Shown one piece after another: positions 56,051 through 64,000 of a stretch of DNA of 64,000 nt. Position 1 is the first letter of the stretch. Every line of letters begins with the position of its first letter. The position numbers were made by a program, and so were the translations under genes. The notes under the pieces are model-generated. The model saw only the letters and a list, made by a program, of their open reading frames with translations, was not told where the DNA came from and searched no databases. Origin of the DNA: an uncultured Acidobacteriota bacterium (GTDB taxonomy: Bacteria; Acidobacteriota; Vicinamibacteria; Vicinamibacterales; CAVVIG01); NCBI GenBank assembly GCA_963814975.1, contig CAWFFB010000030.1, positions 175,563-239,562 of the forward strand, given 5' to 3'.

Positions 56051-57565
56051 CTAGCGAGGCTCCGCTTCAGACTGACGAGCGTGGGCCCAGCCCTTCGAGC
56101 GGCCCAGCGCCTCGTGCCACTCCGCGCGGCGCGCCGCCGAGTGCGACGGGGGGTGTGACGGCTCGAAGCGCCGGTCGATACGCCAATGATGCGCGAGTGT
56201 GTCCATCGAGTCCCAGAAGCCGACCGCCAGCCCCGCCAGGTACGCCGCCCCGAGGGCGGTTGTCTCTGTCACTCGAGGACGCACGACCGTGACGCCAAGC
56301 AGGTCGGCCTGAAACTGCAGCAGACCGTCGTTGGCGGCGGCCCCGCCGTCGACGCGCAACTCGGTCAGATCGATTCCGGCGTCGTCTTTCACCGCGGACA
56401 ACAGGTCAACGACCTGGAACGCGATGCTTTCGACGGCCGCCCTCGCAATATGCCCGGCCGTGGTACCTCGCGTGATCCCCACGATGATGCCGCGTGCGTA
56501 GGGATCCCAGTGCGGCGCACCCAGGCCCGCAAAGGCGGGCACGAGGTATACGCCACCGTTGTCGGGCACGGACGTGGCGAGTGCCCCGACGTCAGAAGAC
56601 CTGGCGATGAGACCGAGCCCGTCTCGCAGCCACTGGACCACGGCGCCGCCGATGAAGACGCTGCCTTCGAGCGCATACACCGTCTTGCCGCCGATCTGCC
56701 AGGCGACCGTTGAGAGCAACCGGTTGCGCGACACGGCCGGCCGCTCGCCGGTATTCTGCAATAGAAAACAGCCGGTGCCATAGGTGTTCTTCGTCATCCC
56801 GGGAGATAGACACATCTGACCGAACAGCGCGGCCTGCTGATCGCCGGCGATGCCGGCAATGGGGACGTCGCCGACGCCGAGCGTCGTGGAGACGCGACCG
56901 TAGACCGCGCTGGACGGGCGGACCTCTGGCAACATGCTCGCCGGGACGCGCAGCACCTTCAGCAGATCTTCGTCCCATTGCAGTGTGTTGATGTTGAACA
57001 GCATCGTGCGCGACGCGTTGCTGACGTCGGTGATGTGGGTCGAATCACTCGTGAGCTGCCACACCAGCCAGCTGTCGATGGTCCCGAACGCCAGCTTCCC
57101 GGCCTCCGCTCTTGCGCGCGCGCCCGGGACGTTGTCGAGAATCCACGCGACCTTGCTGCCTGAAAAATACGCGTCGATCACGAGCCCGGTGCGCTCGCGG
57201 ATGAAGTCTTCGTGGCCGTCGCGTTTCAGGCGATCGCAGAAGTCCGCCGTGCGGCGATCCTGCCAGACGATCGCGTTGTAGACGGGAACTCCGGTGTCTC
57301 TATCCCACACGACCGTCGTCTCGCGCTGGTTGGTAATGCCAATCGCCGCGATATCCCGAGGGCGCAGGTGCGCCCTGCCGAGCGCCTCCGTGACGACGGC
57401 GATCTGGGTGGCCCAGATCTCTCCGGGATCGTGCTCAACCCAGCCCGGACGCGGAAAGATCTGTTGAAACTCCCGCTGACCGACGGCGACGATGGCGGCG
57501 TCGTGATCGAAGATGATGGCGCGCGAGCTCGTCGTGCCCTGATCGAGGGCGAGGATGTATGGCAC
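56051..57565 (-). CDS. glpK: glycerol kinase
   Basis: [62 protein letters not shown]. 504 aa, intact. Confidence 0.95.
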   Translation of the reverse strand: MPYILALDQGTTSSRAIIFDHDAAIVAVGQREFQQIFPRPGWVEHDPGEIWATQIAVVTEALGRAHLRPRDIAAIGITNQRETTVVWDRDTGVPVYNAIVWQDRRTADFCDRLKRDGHEDFIRERTGLVIDAYFSGSKVAWILDNVPGARARAEAGKLAFGTIDSWLVWQLTSDSTHITDVSNASRTMLFNINTLQWDEDLLKVLRVPASMLPEVRPSSAVYGRVSTTLGVGDVPIAGIAGDQQAALFGQMCLSPGMTKNTYGTGCFLLQNTGERPAVSRNRLLSTVAWQIGGKTVYALEGSVFIGGAVVQWLRDGLGLIARSSDVGALATSVPDNGGVYLVPAFAGLGAPHWDPYARGIIVGITRGTTAGHIARAAVESIAFQVVDLLSAVKDDAGIDLTELRVDGGAAANDGLLQFQADLLGVTVVRPRVTETTALGAAYLAGLAVGFWDSMDTLAHHWRIDRRFEPSHPPSHSAARRAEWHEALGRSKGWAHARQSEAEPR

Positions 57566-57633
57566 TATTCAGCCTCCGAAAGCGACACCGACACAGTGGG
57601 CGAGGTCGGCATTCTACTGGAGTCATTGCCACC

Positions 57634-58383
57634 ATGACGAACTACACCGCTGAAGCGTTTGGGACCGCGATGCTCATCCTGTTGGGCGACGGCGTGGTGG
57701 CCAACGTGCTGCTCGCGCGATCGAAGGGCGAGGGCAGTGGATGGATCGTCATCACGTTTGGCTGGGGCGTTGCGGTGATGGTCGCCGTGTACGCCGTCGG
57801 ACGCCTGAGCGGCGCACATCTGAATCCCGCCGTAACAGTGGCACTGGCCTCGATCGGCGCCTTTCAGTGGTCCGACGTTCCCGGCTACGTCGCGGCACAG
57901 ATGGTTGGCGCCGTCGTCGGCGCCGTGCTGGTGTGGCTGGTGTACCTACCGCATTGGCCGGTCACGCAGGACGCGACCCTGAAGCTCGCGGTGTTCTGCA
58001 CCGGGCCGGCGATCCGCAAGCCGGCCGCGAATCTCGTGGCAGAGACCATTGCCACTGCCGCATTCGTATTCGCCATACTCGCGATCGCCGCCAACGCACA
58101 GGCGCTTGCCAAGCCCGGAGACATCGATTTGTCCGTTGTCTTCAGCAGCGGGCTGCAGCCGCTGCTTGTCGGAGGTCTGGTGCTGGGTGTTGGATTGTCG
58201 CTCGGCGGCCCGACCGGTTATGCCATCAACCCGGCAAGAGATCTGGGGCCCCGCATCGCGCACTTCGTGCTGCCGATTCCCGGCAAGCGGGATTCAGACT
58301 GGGGCTACGCGTGGATTCCGATCGTCGGCCCGATCGTTGGTGGCGTGATCGGCGCTCAGCTGTTCAAAGGGGTTGGATTCTAA
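57634..58383 (+). CDS. glpF: aquaglyceroporin / glycerol uptake facilitator
   Basis: Two NPA boxes (SGAHLNPAVTVA and GYAINPARDLGPR) and six TM segments. Divergent from glpK. Confidence 0.85.
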   Translation: MTNYTAEAFGTAMLILLGDGVVANVLLARSKGEGSGWIVITFGWGVAVMVAVYAVGRLSGAHLNPAVTVALASIGAFQWSDVPGYVAAQMVGAVVGAVLVWLVYLPHWPVTQDATLKLAVFCTGPAIRKPAANLVAETIATAAFVFAILAIAANAQALAKPGDIDLSVVFSSGLQPLLVGGLVLGVGLSLGGPTGYAINPARDLGPRIAHFVLPIPGKRDSDWGYAWIPIVGPIVGGVIGAQLFKGVGF

Positions 58384-58392
58384 CGCGAGGTC

Positions 58393-58503
58393 TCAGAACG
58401 TGACACGAACTCCCCACTGAACCTGCCGCGCATCGTACGCAGTGGTGCGAACCGGGAACACGGGCGCATTCATCGGAACGGCCGCACCCGCCGGGTTGCC
58501 AAA
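58393..58503 (-). pseudogene. 3' stub of an outer-membrane beta-barrel / TonB-dependent-receptor-like gene
   Basis: The minus-strand frame ends ..FGNPAGAAVPMNAPVFPVRTTAYDARQVQWGVRVTF-stop, a typical terminal beta-strand with C-terminal Phe. The frame is closed about 65 codons upstream and the upstream residues look non-coding. Confidence 0.4.
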
Positions 58504-58576
58504 TGGCGGCCGCCTCAGGAGGGCAGCGTAGATCGCGATTCGCCTCAGCAGACAGCGCCATTCTGAGGGACGTGCA

Positions 58577-59170
58577 ATGCCGGACGTCCTGCCTCACAAT
58601 ATGGACATGATGAACATGTCACGGCTTTCCCGTCGTCCACAGGTGGGATACCCCTTCGCCTCGGCGCTTGTCCTGGGGCTGGCAATGGTCGCCACGGGGG
58701 TGTCCGGCCCCGGCGGCGTCGATGGCATCGTCTCGGCTCAGACGCTGAACCCGTGCGCACTGCTCACGACCGACGAGATTCAGCCACTCGCAGGGAAGGC
58801 GAGCGTCAGCGATGGTGTCTCGAGCTCACTCCCGTCCTTCGGCTACGTGAACTGTCGATATACGTGGGGTGTCGGCACCGGCCGCTTCAAACTCGATGTT
58901 ATCGTCTACGACGCGTCCGGGAGGTTTCCCGGAATGAGTCCAGACCAGATCAAGCCGCGGCTCCTGGAGTCAGTCAAACCGGGAACGGCGGAGGCGGTCA
59001 TCTCGGACGTGGGCGAAGCCGCGGTGTTCAAGTCCGACTCGCCCTACTATGCCACTGCGACCGCGCTCCTGAAAGGCCGCATTCTGGAGGTGCACCTCGA
59101 CGGCTTAGTCGCGCGCGAGGAGAAGGATCAAGCAATTGCGCTGCTGAAGTCGGCTGCGTCGCGGCTCTAG
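58577..59170 (+). CDS. hypothetical secreted protein
   Basis: Signal-like FASALVLGLAMVATGVSG, then ..NPCALLTTDEIQPLAGK... No family assigned with confidence. The true start may be the Met at 58616. Confidence 0.5.
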   Translation: MPDVLPHNMDMMNMSRLSRRPQVGYPFASALVLGLAMVATGVSGPGGVDGIVSAQTLNPCALLTTDEIQPLAGKASVSDGVSSSLPSFGYVNCRYTWGVGTGRFKLDVIVYDASGRFPGMSPDQIKPRLLESVKPGTAEAVISDVGEAAVFKSDSPYYATATALLKGRILEVHLDGLVAREEKDQAIALLKSAASRL

Positions 59171-59643
59171 CCAACCTCGCTCCGGTTCCCGGATGGACGT
59201 CACCCTGACACCGGTCGTGTTCAGGAGCGTCCCGGCGGCACCGGCGCTCTTCGCCACGCGAGAGGACCAGCGAATGGTCTGCGAGACCGATCGATCACCG
59301 CTTGGCAGTCGATGGGGCACGACCACAGCGAGCGTGCCGTGCGGTGTGCTGTTGCGAAACGGGGAGCGTGGAGATGGTGTACCAGAACATCACCGTTGGA
59401 ACCCATTGATTAGCTGGCTGCGTCGTCTCGCCGAACTTCTCAAGGCCGCTTGAGGGGATCACAATGGCCGCGGTGATGTTTCGACGAACCGGGTTGAACG
59501 AGCAGGCTTGCAAAGCGATTGCGGCGACGCTCGCCGAGCGACACCGAATCACCTCGTTGTGCATACGGTTCAACAAGTTGCCGCCACAGAGTGAGCAGCA
59601 GTGACTGACGACGAGGCTGCTTCGCGCGACTGAAGGGTGAACT

Positions 59644-60846
59644 ATGACCACACGCTTGATTGCCGCAACCGTCGTATTGTTCGTGGCGTGCGGTCCGCCG
59701 GGGGACCAGATCACCGCGGGCGCCCAGGCCTCACAGGCCTCACCGCTACCGACAGGCACGCTGGACCAATTGCTCGCTCCGATTGCGCTCTACCCAGACC
59801 AACTGCTCGCGCAGATACTGATGAGCGCGACCGACCCCACGAAGATCACGGAGCTCGACACGTGGCTGAAGGCCAACCAGAAGCTGACAGGCACGCCGCT
59901 TCAGGACGCCGCAGTCAAGGCCGGGTTCGATGCGAGCTTCGTGGCGTTAGTGCTTTTCCCTCAAGTCGTGGCGAAGATGGCGGACCAGATCGCGTGGACG
60001 AGGGTCCTGGGGCAAGCGTTCACGTCCGATCGAAGCGCGGTTTTTGCCAGCATCCAGAAATTGAGGCTGCAGGCGAAGAACGTCGGGACGCTGAAAAGCT
60101 CGCCCCAGCAGGAGGTCGAAACCAAGACCACGTCATCTGGCCAGGAAGTGATCGTCATCGAGCCCACCAATCCGCAGATCGTCTATGTCCCGCAATACAA
60201 CACCGAGGTGGTGTACACCCAGCCTCCGACGACCGTGGTCGTCCAGGAAGACAATGACGCTGGCGTGGCGGTCGCGGCCGGCCTCATCGGCTTCACTGCC
60301 GGGATCGCGATTGGCGCGGCGATGGACAACAACTACTACTACGGTCCATACGGATGGCGCGGCGGCGGCTACATGTACAACGACGCCTGGGACGACTACT
60401 ACGACGCGCGCGAAGACGCCCGCGAGGACTGGCAGGACCACCGCGAGGACCTCGCCGAGGATCGCGGCGATCGTGCGGAGAACCGATCGGAACAGCGGAC
60501 CGAGCGCGCTGGCGCGACCCAGGAGCAGCGCACGGACCGTCAACAGACGCGGCAGGAAAATCGGCCCGAGTCGCAGGCGCAACGAACGGAGCGCAGCACG
60601 CAGGCACGAGACGCTTCGACCCGGAGCGCGACGTCACAGGCACAACCTTCCGGTCGTACAGGAAGTACCGAAGCCCGCGGTTACGGCGATGGAAGCCGAA
60701 GCCAGGCAGCGACTCGACGGAGCAGCGGCAGCTCGGACGCGTTCTCGGGATATTCGAGCGGACAATCACAACGCGCGTCCAGTGCTCGTGGACAACAGAG
60801 CCGAGGCAGCTCGCGCGGTGGCGGTGGCGGTGGCCGCCGCCGGTAG
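59644..60846 (+). CDS. DUF3300 family protein with long R/E/D/Q/S-rich C-terminal tail
   Basis: LDQLLAPIALYPDQLLAQILMSATDP..FDASFVALVLFPQVV..IAWTRVLGQAF..IQKLRLQAKNVGTL is the DUF3300 signature as I recall it. It is followed by a TM segment and about 170 aa of low-complexity sequence. Confidence 0.8.
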   Translation: MTTRLIAATVVLFVACGPPGDQITAGAQASQASPLPTGTLDQLLAPIALYPDQLLAQILMSATDPTKITELDTWLKANQKLTGTPLQDAAVKAGFDASFVALVLFPQVVAKMADQIAWTRVLGQAFTSDRSAVFASIQKLRLQAKNVGTLKSSPQQEVETKTTSSGQEVIVIEPTNPQIVYVPQYNTEVVYTQPPTTVVVQEDNDAGVAVAAGLIGFTAGIAIGAAMDNNYYYGPYGWRGGGYMYNDAWDDYYDAREDAREDWQDHREDLAEDRGDRAENRSEQRTERAGATQEQRTDRQQTRQENRPESQAQRTERSTQARDASTRSATSQAQPSGRTGSTEARGYGDGSRSQAATRRSSGSSDAFSGYSSGQSQRASSARGQQSRGSSRGGGGGGRRR

Positions 60847-60870
60847 GCGCTTCGGAAGAGGTCGACACAC

Positions 60871-61854
60871 ATGACCAGCACGATCCGTATGAATCGATCG
60901 AGTAACGATCTCGTACCCCTGCGCCGCAGCCTCAGCGCTCGAGTGTTCGCGTGTGCGTGGCTGGCGCTTCTGGCATCATCGGCGACCGCCGCGGGACAGA
61001 CCGCGACGCCCCGCACGTTTGCCACGCCTGAAGACGCCGTCAAGGCGCTCGTCGACACGGTCAAGACCGGGAACGTCGACGCGCTGCTGGCGTTCTTCGG
61101 TCCCGAAGGGCGGGAGCTGGCCGCGTCATCCGATCCCGCGACCGCTCGTATGAACCGCCAGGTGTTCACTGTCGCGGCGAGCGAGCAGTGGCATCTCGAG
61201 GATGGGACGCCCGATCGAAAGACGCTCGTCATCGGCAACGAGGAGTGGCCCTTCCCGGTGCCGCTCGTCAAAGGGGCGGACGGATGGCGATTTGACACAG
61301 CCGCCGGCAAGGAAGAAGTACTGGCGCGGCGGATCGGACAGAACGAGCTGGGAGCGATCGCGACTTCCCGTGCCTACGTCACCGCGCAGCGGCGCTACGC
61401 GCAACAGGGACACGACGGCAAGCCCGCAGGCGTGCACGCGACGAAGTTGAAGAGTGATCCCGGCAAAGAGAACGGCCTGTACTGGCCGACCGCGCTCGGC
61501 CAGAAGCGGAGTCCACTTGGTGACCTGGTGGCACAGGCAGCGGAGGAAGGACGTAAGCTCGGCGGCGAGGATCGCCCCCAGCCCACGGGCTTTCATGGTT
61601 ACTATTTCAAGATCCTGACCCGCCAGGGAGCCGCAGTACCGGGTGGAGCCAGGAGCTATATCGTCAAGGGCGAGATGTCTGGAGGGTTCGCACTTGTCGC
61701 CTGGCCAGCTCAGTACGATGCGACCGGGATCATGACGTTCATCGTCAATCAGGACGGAATCGTGCGGGAACGAGATCTGGGCCCTCAAACGGACGCCATA
61801 GCTCGAAAGATGACGGTCTACAATCCGGACGCATCCTGGCGACAGGTCCAGTGA
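60871..61854 (+). CDS. DUF2950 family secreted protein
   Basis: FATPEDAVKALVDTVKTGNVDALLAFFGPEG.., WPFPVPLVK..GWRFD, RRIGQNELGAI, DPGKENGLYWP, FHGYYFKIL, GGFALVAWPAQYDATGIMTFIVNQDG. Confidence 0.8.
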   Translation: MTSTIRMNRSSNDLVPLRRSLSARVFACAWLALLASSATAAGQTATPRTFATPEDAVKALVDTVKTGNVDALLAFFGPEGRELAASSDPATARMNRQVFTVAASEQWHLEDGTPDRKTLVIGNEEWPFPVPLVKGADGWRFDTAAGKEEVLARRIGQNELGAIATSRAYVTAQRRYAQQGHDGKPAGVHATKLKSDPGKENGLYWPTALGQKRSPLGDLVAQAAEEGRKLGGEDRPQPTGFHGYYFKILTRQGAAVPGGARSYIVKGEMSGGFALVAWPAQYDATGIMTFIVNQDGIVRERDLGPQTDAIARKMTVYNPDASWRQVQ

Positions 61855-62363
61855 TTCGTGCCCGTCTCCGTTTCAGATCAATACGAGAGTGTGGTTGCCG
61901 GAACTGTTTTTGGGGTGTCGGCCGGCAGCCACAGTGGACGACATTCCAGATGCCGAACCAAATCGTCTGGCTGAGCAAGGGGTTCGATTGGATCTGGACG
62001 CTGAGCGTCTGACTGACAGCTCCCGCCGGAGCTTGGCGGAGGCGGGAAGCCGTTCGCAGACAGGATCGTGGGCCCGCCTACGCGTCGCTTCCGCAGTTGC
62101 GCTTCGCGTTACTGGCGCGACCAGTCGCGACGCTATGGCGCGGCGTCCTTCGCGCGTGAGCGACTCGCTTGTTTACCGAGCCGAAGCTCGCCATAGGCGA
62201 GCGAAGGATGGTGGACCAGAACAGCGCCAGTTGGAACCACATCTGCATCTGGCTGGGAGAGATTGACGCCATTCGGAGCCTGCCTTGGGCGTGTCCCGCA
62301 GTGACTGCTTCAGCGAGACAGGGCTCAGCCAGATCTGAACGCGATCGGACGCGCCCCTTCTCA

Positions 62364-63836
62364 CTATCTTTGCACGACGGCGAGGGCATAAGGCTCGTGC
62401 CCCAGACCTGTCACCGTGGCGACGACGCTGCGCGACCGAAGGTCGATCACGTAGAGGTGGCCGAGCTCCTGCGAGAACGGCGGCGACGAGGGTCCGCCGC
62501 TGATCACCGCATACCGACCGTCGGACGTGATCGCGGAGCCCCGCGGGCGCGCTGGCTGGCCGTCGGGTCGGACGAGGGGGATGCGTGCGACTTCCGCGTC
62601 AGGACTGCCGGCGAGCGCCCGCTCGATGTCCACGATCGACACGTTGTTCGAACGCACGTTCGGGACGATCACTTCCCGGCCGTCGGGTGTGACGGAGGGG
62701 ATCAGTGGATGGGTCTGTGCCGAGGGATCGTCGGTGCCGACGAGGACGCGGGCAACTTCGGCGCGGCCCGCGCCGACGCTCGCCCGGTCGACGTCAATCA
62801 CAGAGATCGAATTGCCCGCGGATCCATCCCGCTGACTCCCGCCGTTCGCCACGATGATGTGTCTCCTGTTGGGAGTCGCGGTAATGCCCCACGGGCCGAC
62901 CTGCGTCGCGATGCGACCGATCTCCGCACGAGCGTCCCCTCGTAGCGCACGGCCGAGGTCAATCACGGACACGTCGTTCGTGCCGCCGTTTGCGGAGAAG
63001 AGATAGTCGCTTCCATCGGCGGCCCGGCCCACCGCCAACCCATTGGGGTTCGGGAAGCACCCAAAGCCCTGACCCGGGGCTTGCACGGCCAGGTTCCGCG
63101 GTGGCCCGTACGGCGGGACGTAGGGCACCGGGTAGTCGGGACACGGAAACCCGGGCGAGCCCAGCGCGAGCTCTACGGTGCCGCGGAGGCTGCCGGTCCG
63201 TCGGTCGACGAACGCGATGCGATTACCGCCGTCCTCTGTCAGGTGGTTTTCGGCATTGGCGATGACCAGCATCTCAGGCAGGAGCACGATGCCGAGCGCC
63301 CCGAAGCCGCCGGAGTCCATGTGTCGCCGAAGTGCGTTTGCGGTGCCGTCGTTCCGTGGGGCCAGGAGGTCGTCGACCTCGAGTACCGCGATCTGTCCGC
63401 GCCCACCGTGCTGGCGAAACGCCGCGTTGTCGATGGCGCCATGATGATTCACCACGTAGACGGTGCGGCTGTCCTCGCTCACCACGAGATTGGCCGGATC
63501 GCCGAGCAAACGCCCGTCCGATGCCTCCGTCGCCACTTTGCTGCGACCGAGGATCGCCTTGGATGTGCGGTCGTTCGCTGGATCGAGAGCGGCATCGAGC
63601 GAGATGATGTACAAGTACGGGAGTCGGCGCCCCGTCGCGAGGATGTACCGACGCTGGCCCACCGCCTCCTGTGCGTCGATCGCCGTCCCGAGAAGGGCCG
63701 TCACCTCGAGTGTGAGATATATGAGGGACGCTAGCGCGGAGGGCATGGTCAACGAGTCGAGAAGCGCCCGGGCGGCTCTCAGCATCGAGGATGCCGGCGC
63801 TACGGGCGCGAGGCCGAGCGTGGCGGTTCGTCGCAT
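62364..63836 (-). CDS. secreted beta-propeller protein with YVTN-type repeats
   Basis: Signal region, then recurrent ..V(S/Y)V(I/V)D(L/V/I)..A.. blade ends (TVYVVNHHG, NDVSVIDLGRA, NSISVIDVDRA, NNVSIVDIERA, HLYVIDLRS). Confidence 0.7.
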   Translation of the reverse strand: MRRTATLGLAPVAPASSMLRAARALLDSLTMPSALASLIYLTLEVTALLGTAIDAQEAVGQRRYILATGRRLPYLYIISLDAALDPANDRTSKAILGRSKVATEASDGRLLGDPANLVVSEDSRTVYVVNHHGAIDNAAFRQHGGRGQIAVLEVDDLLAPRNDGTANALRRHMDSGGFGALGIVLLPEMLVIANAENHLTEDGGNRIAFVDRRTGSLRGTVELALGSPGFPCPDYPVPYVPPYGPPRNLAVQAPGQGFGCFPNPNGLAVGRAADGSDYLFSANGGTNDVSVIDLGRALRGDARAEIGRIATQVGPWGITATPNRRHIIVANGGSQRDGSAGNSISVIDVDRASVGAGRAEVARVLVGTDDPSAQTHPLIPSVTPDGREVIVPNVRSNNVSIVDIERALAGSPDAEVARIPLVRPDGQPARPRGSAITSDGRYAVISGGPSSPPFSQELGHLYVIDLRSRSVVATVTGLGHEPYALAVVQR

Positions 63837-63929
63837 GTGAGCCCCTGCGGCGGATTATAGGCACATCGCCCGCCACGGGGTCCACCGCGAGCCGTCGCGC
63901 CCGGTTCGTTGCGTTCGCGGCCAGGGCAA

Positions 63930-63991
63930 CGGAGCAAGGCCAGTGTCGCGGGAATCGTGCGATGAAGGTTGGTTCCTCAGCCTGGACTCGG
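63930..63991. repeat. copy B of the 61-62-nt conserved non-coding repeat
   Basis: cggagcaaggccagtgtcgcgggaatcgtgcgatgaaggttggttcctcagcctggactcgg. See copy A at 41413..41473. It lies about 95-155 nt upstream of the minus-strand propeller gene start. Confidence 0.75.
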
Positions 63992-64000
63992 CACAGGTCT

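Noticed and set aside
41413-63991. The two 62-nt direct repeats as attL/attR of a 22.5-kb integrated island.
   Set aside because: I could not recognise any integrase, excisionase, transposase or conjugation gene between them. The interval contains core metabolism (glpFKD) and ordinary envelope genes. The repeat does not resemble a tRNA 3' end.

Overview
High-GC (about 65%) bacterial chromosomal segment. The gene content suggests a soil Acidobacteriota- or Gemmatimonadota-type organism, but that is a weak inference. All calls come from reading the supplied ORF translations and the raw sequence by eye. No database search was run, so family names rest on remembered motifs.

Layout:
- 0-5 kb: acpH (cut by the window edge), a sigma-54 activator remnant, an AI-2E permease, an FAD monooxygenase and a Crp/Fnr regulator.
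- 5.3-17 kb: a tract where almost every recognisable gene is broken. It holds an SRPBCC/alcohol-dehydrogenase deletion chimera, a small hypothetical gene, a PHP phosphoesterase, a DAO oxidoreductase, a cNMP-binding stub and a polyamine block. The polyamine block is homospermidine synthase, N-acetylglutamate synthase, a second homospermidine synthase and an ornithine/lysine decarboxylase, all frameshifted.
- 17.3-27.2 kb: intact pgm, then an intact, translationally coupled five-gene amine/aldehyde catabolic operon. Its genes are an aminotransferase-GNAT fusion, two aldehyde dehydrogenases, a GabT-like aminotransferase and a saccharopine-dehydrogenase-family protein.
- 28.4-30.9 kb: two convergent NHL beta-propeller paralogs.
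- 31.4-38.6 kb: an intact seven-gene cluster of unknown pathway. Its genes are an FAD hydroxylase, two leaderless NMT1/PBP-fold proteins, an MFS transporter, a creatininase-family hydrolase and an SdhA-like flavoprotein with a 2Fe-2S-only partner.
- 38.6-49.5 kb: hypothetical membrane proteins, a decayed LanB dehydratase, a tandem PLAT-like protein, a phosphoesterase-nucleotidyltransferase pair and more gene stubs.
- 49.6-64 kb: an outer-membrane barrel, a cytochrome c coupled to a Vgb-like propeller, a TPR protein, glpD-glpK/glpF, a DUF3300-DUF2950 pair and a YVTN propeller.

No rRNA, tRNA, CRISPR array, integrase or transposase was found. Non-coding observations:
- a 61-62-nt repeat about 90% identical at 41.4 kb and 63.9 kb;
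- a 168-bp element with inverted-repeat ends of 28 and 26 nt at 53.4 kb;
- two two-copy tandem duplications;
- several outer-membrane-receptor stubs.

The most promising candidates for undescribed biology are the 31-38.6 kb orphan catabolic cluster and the 19-27 kb amine operon. I cannot show from sequence alone that either is novel.
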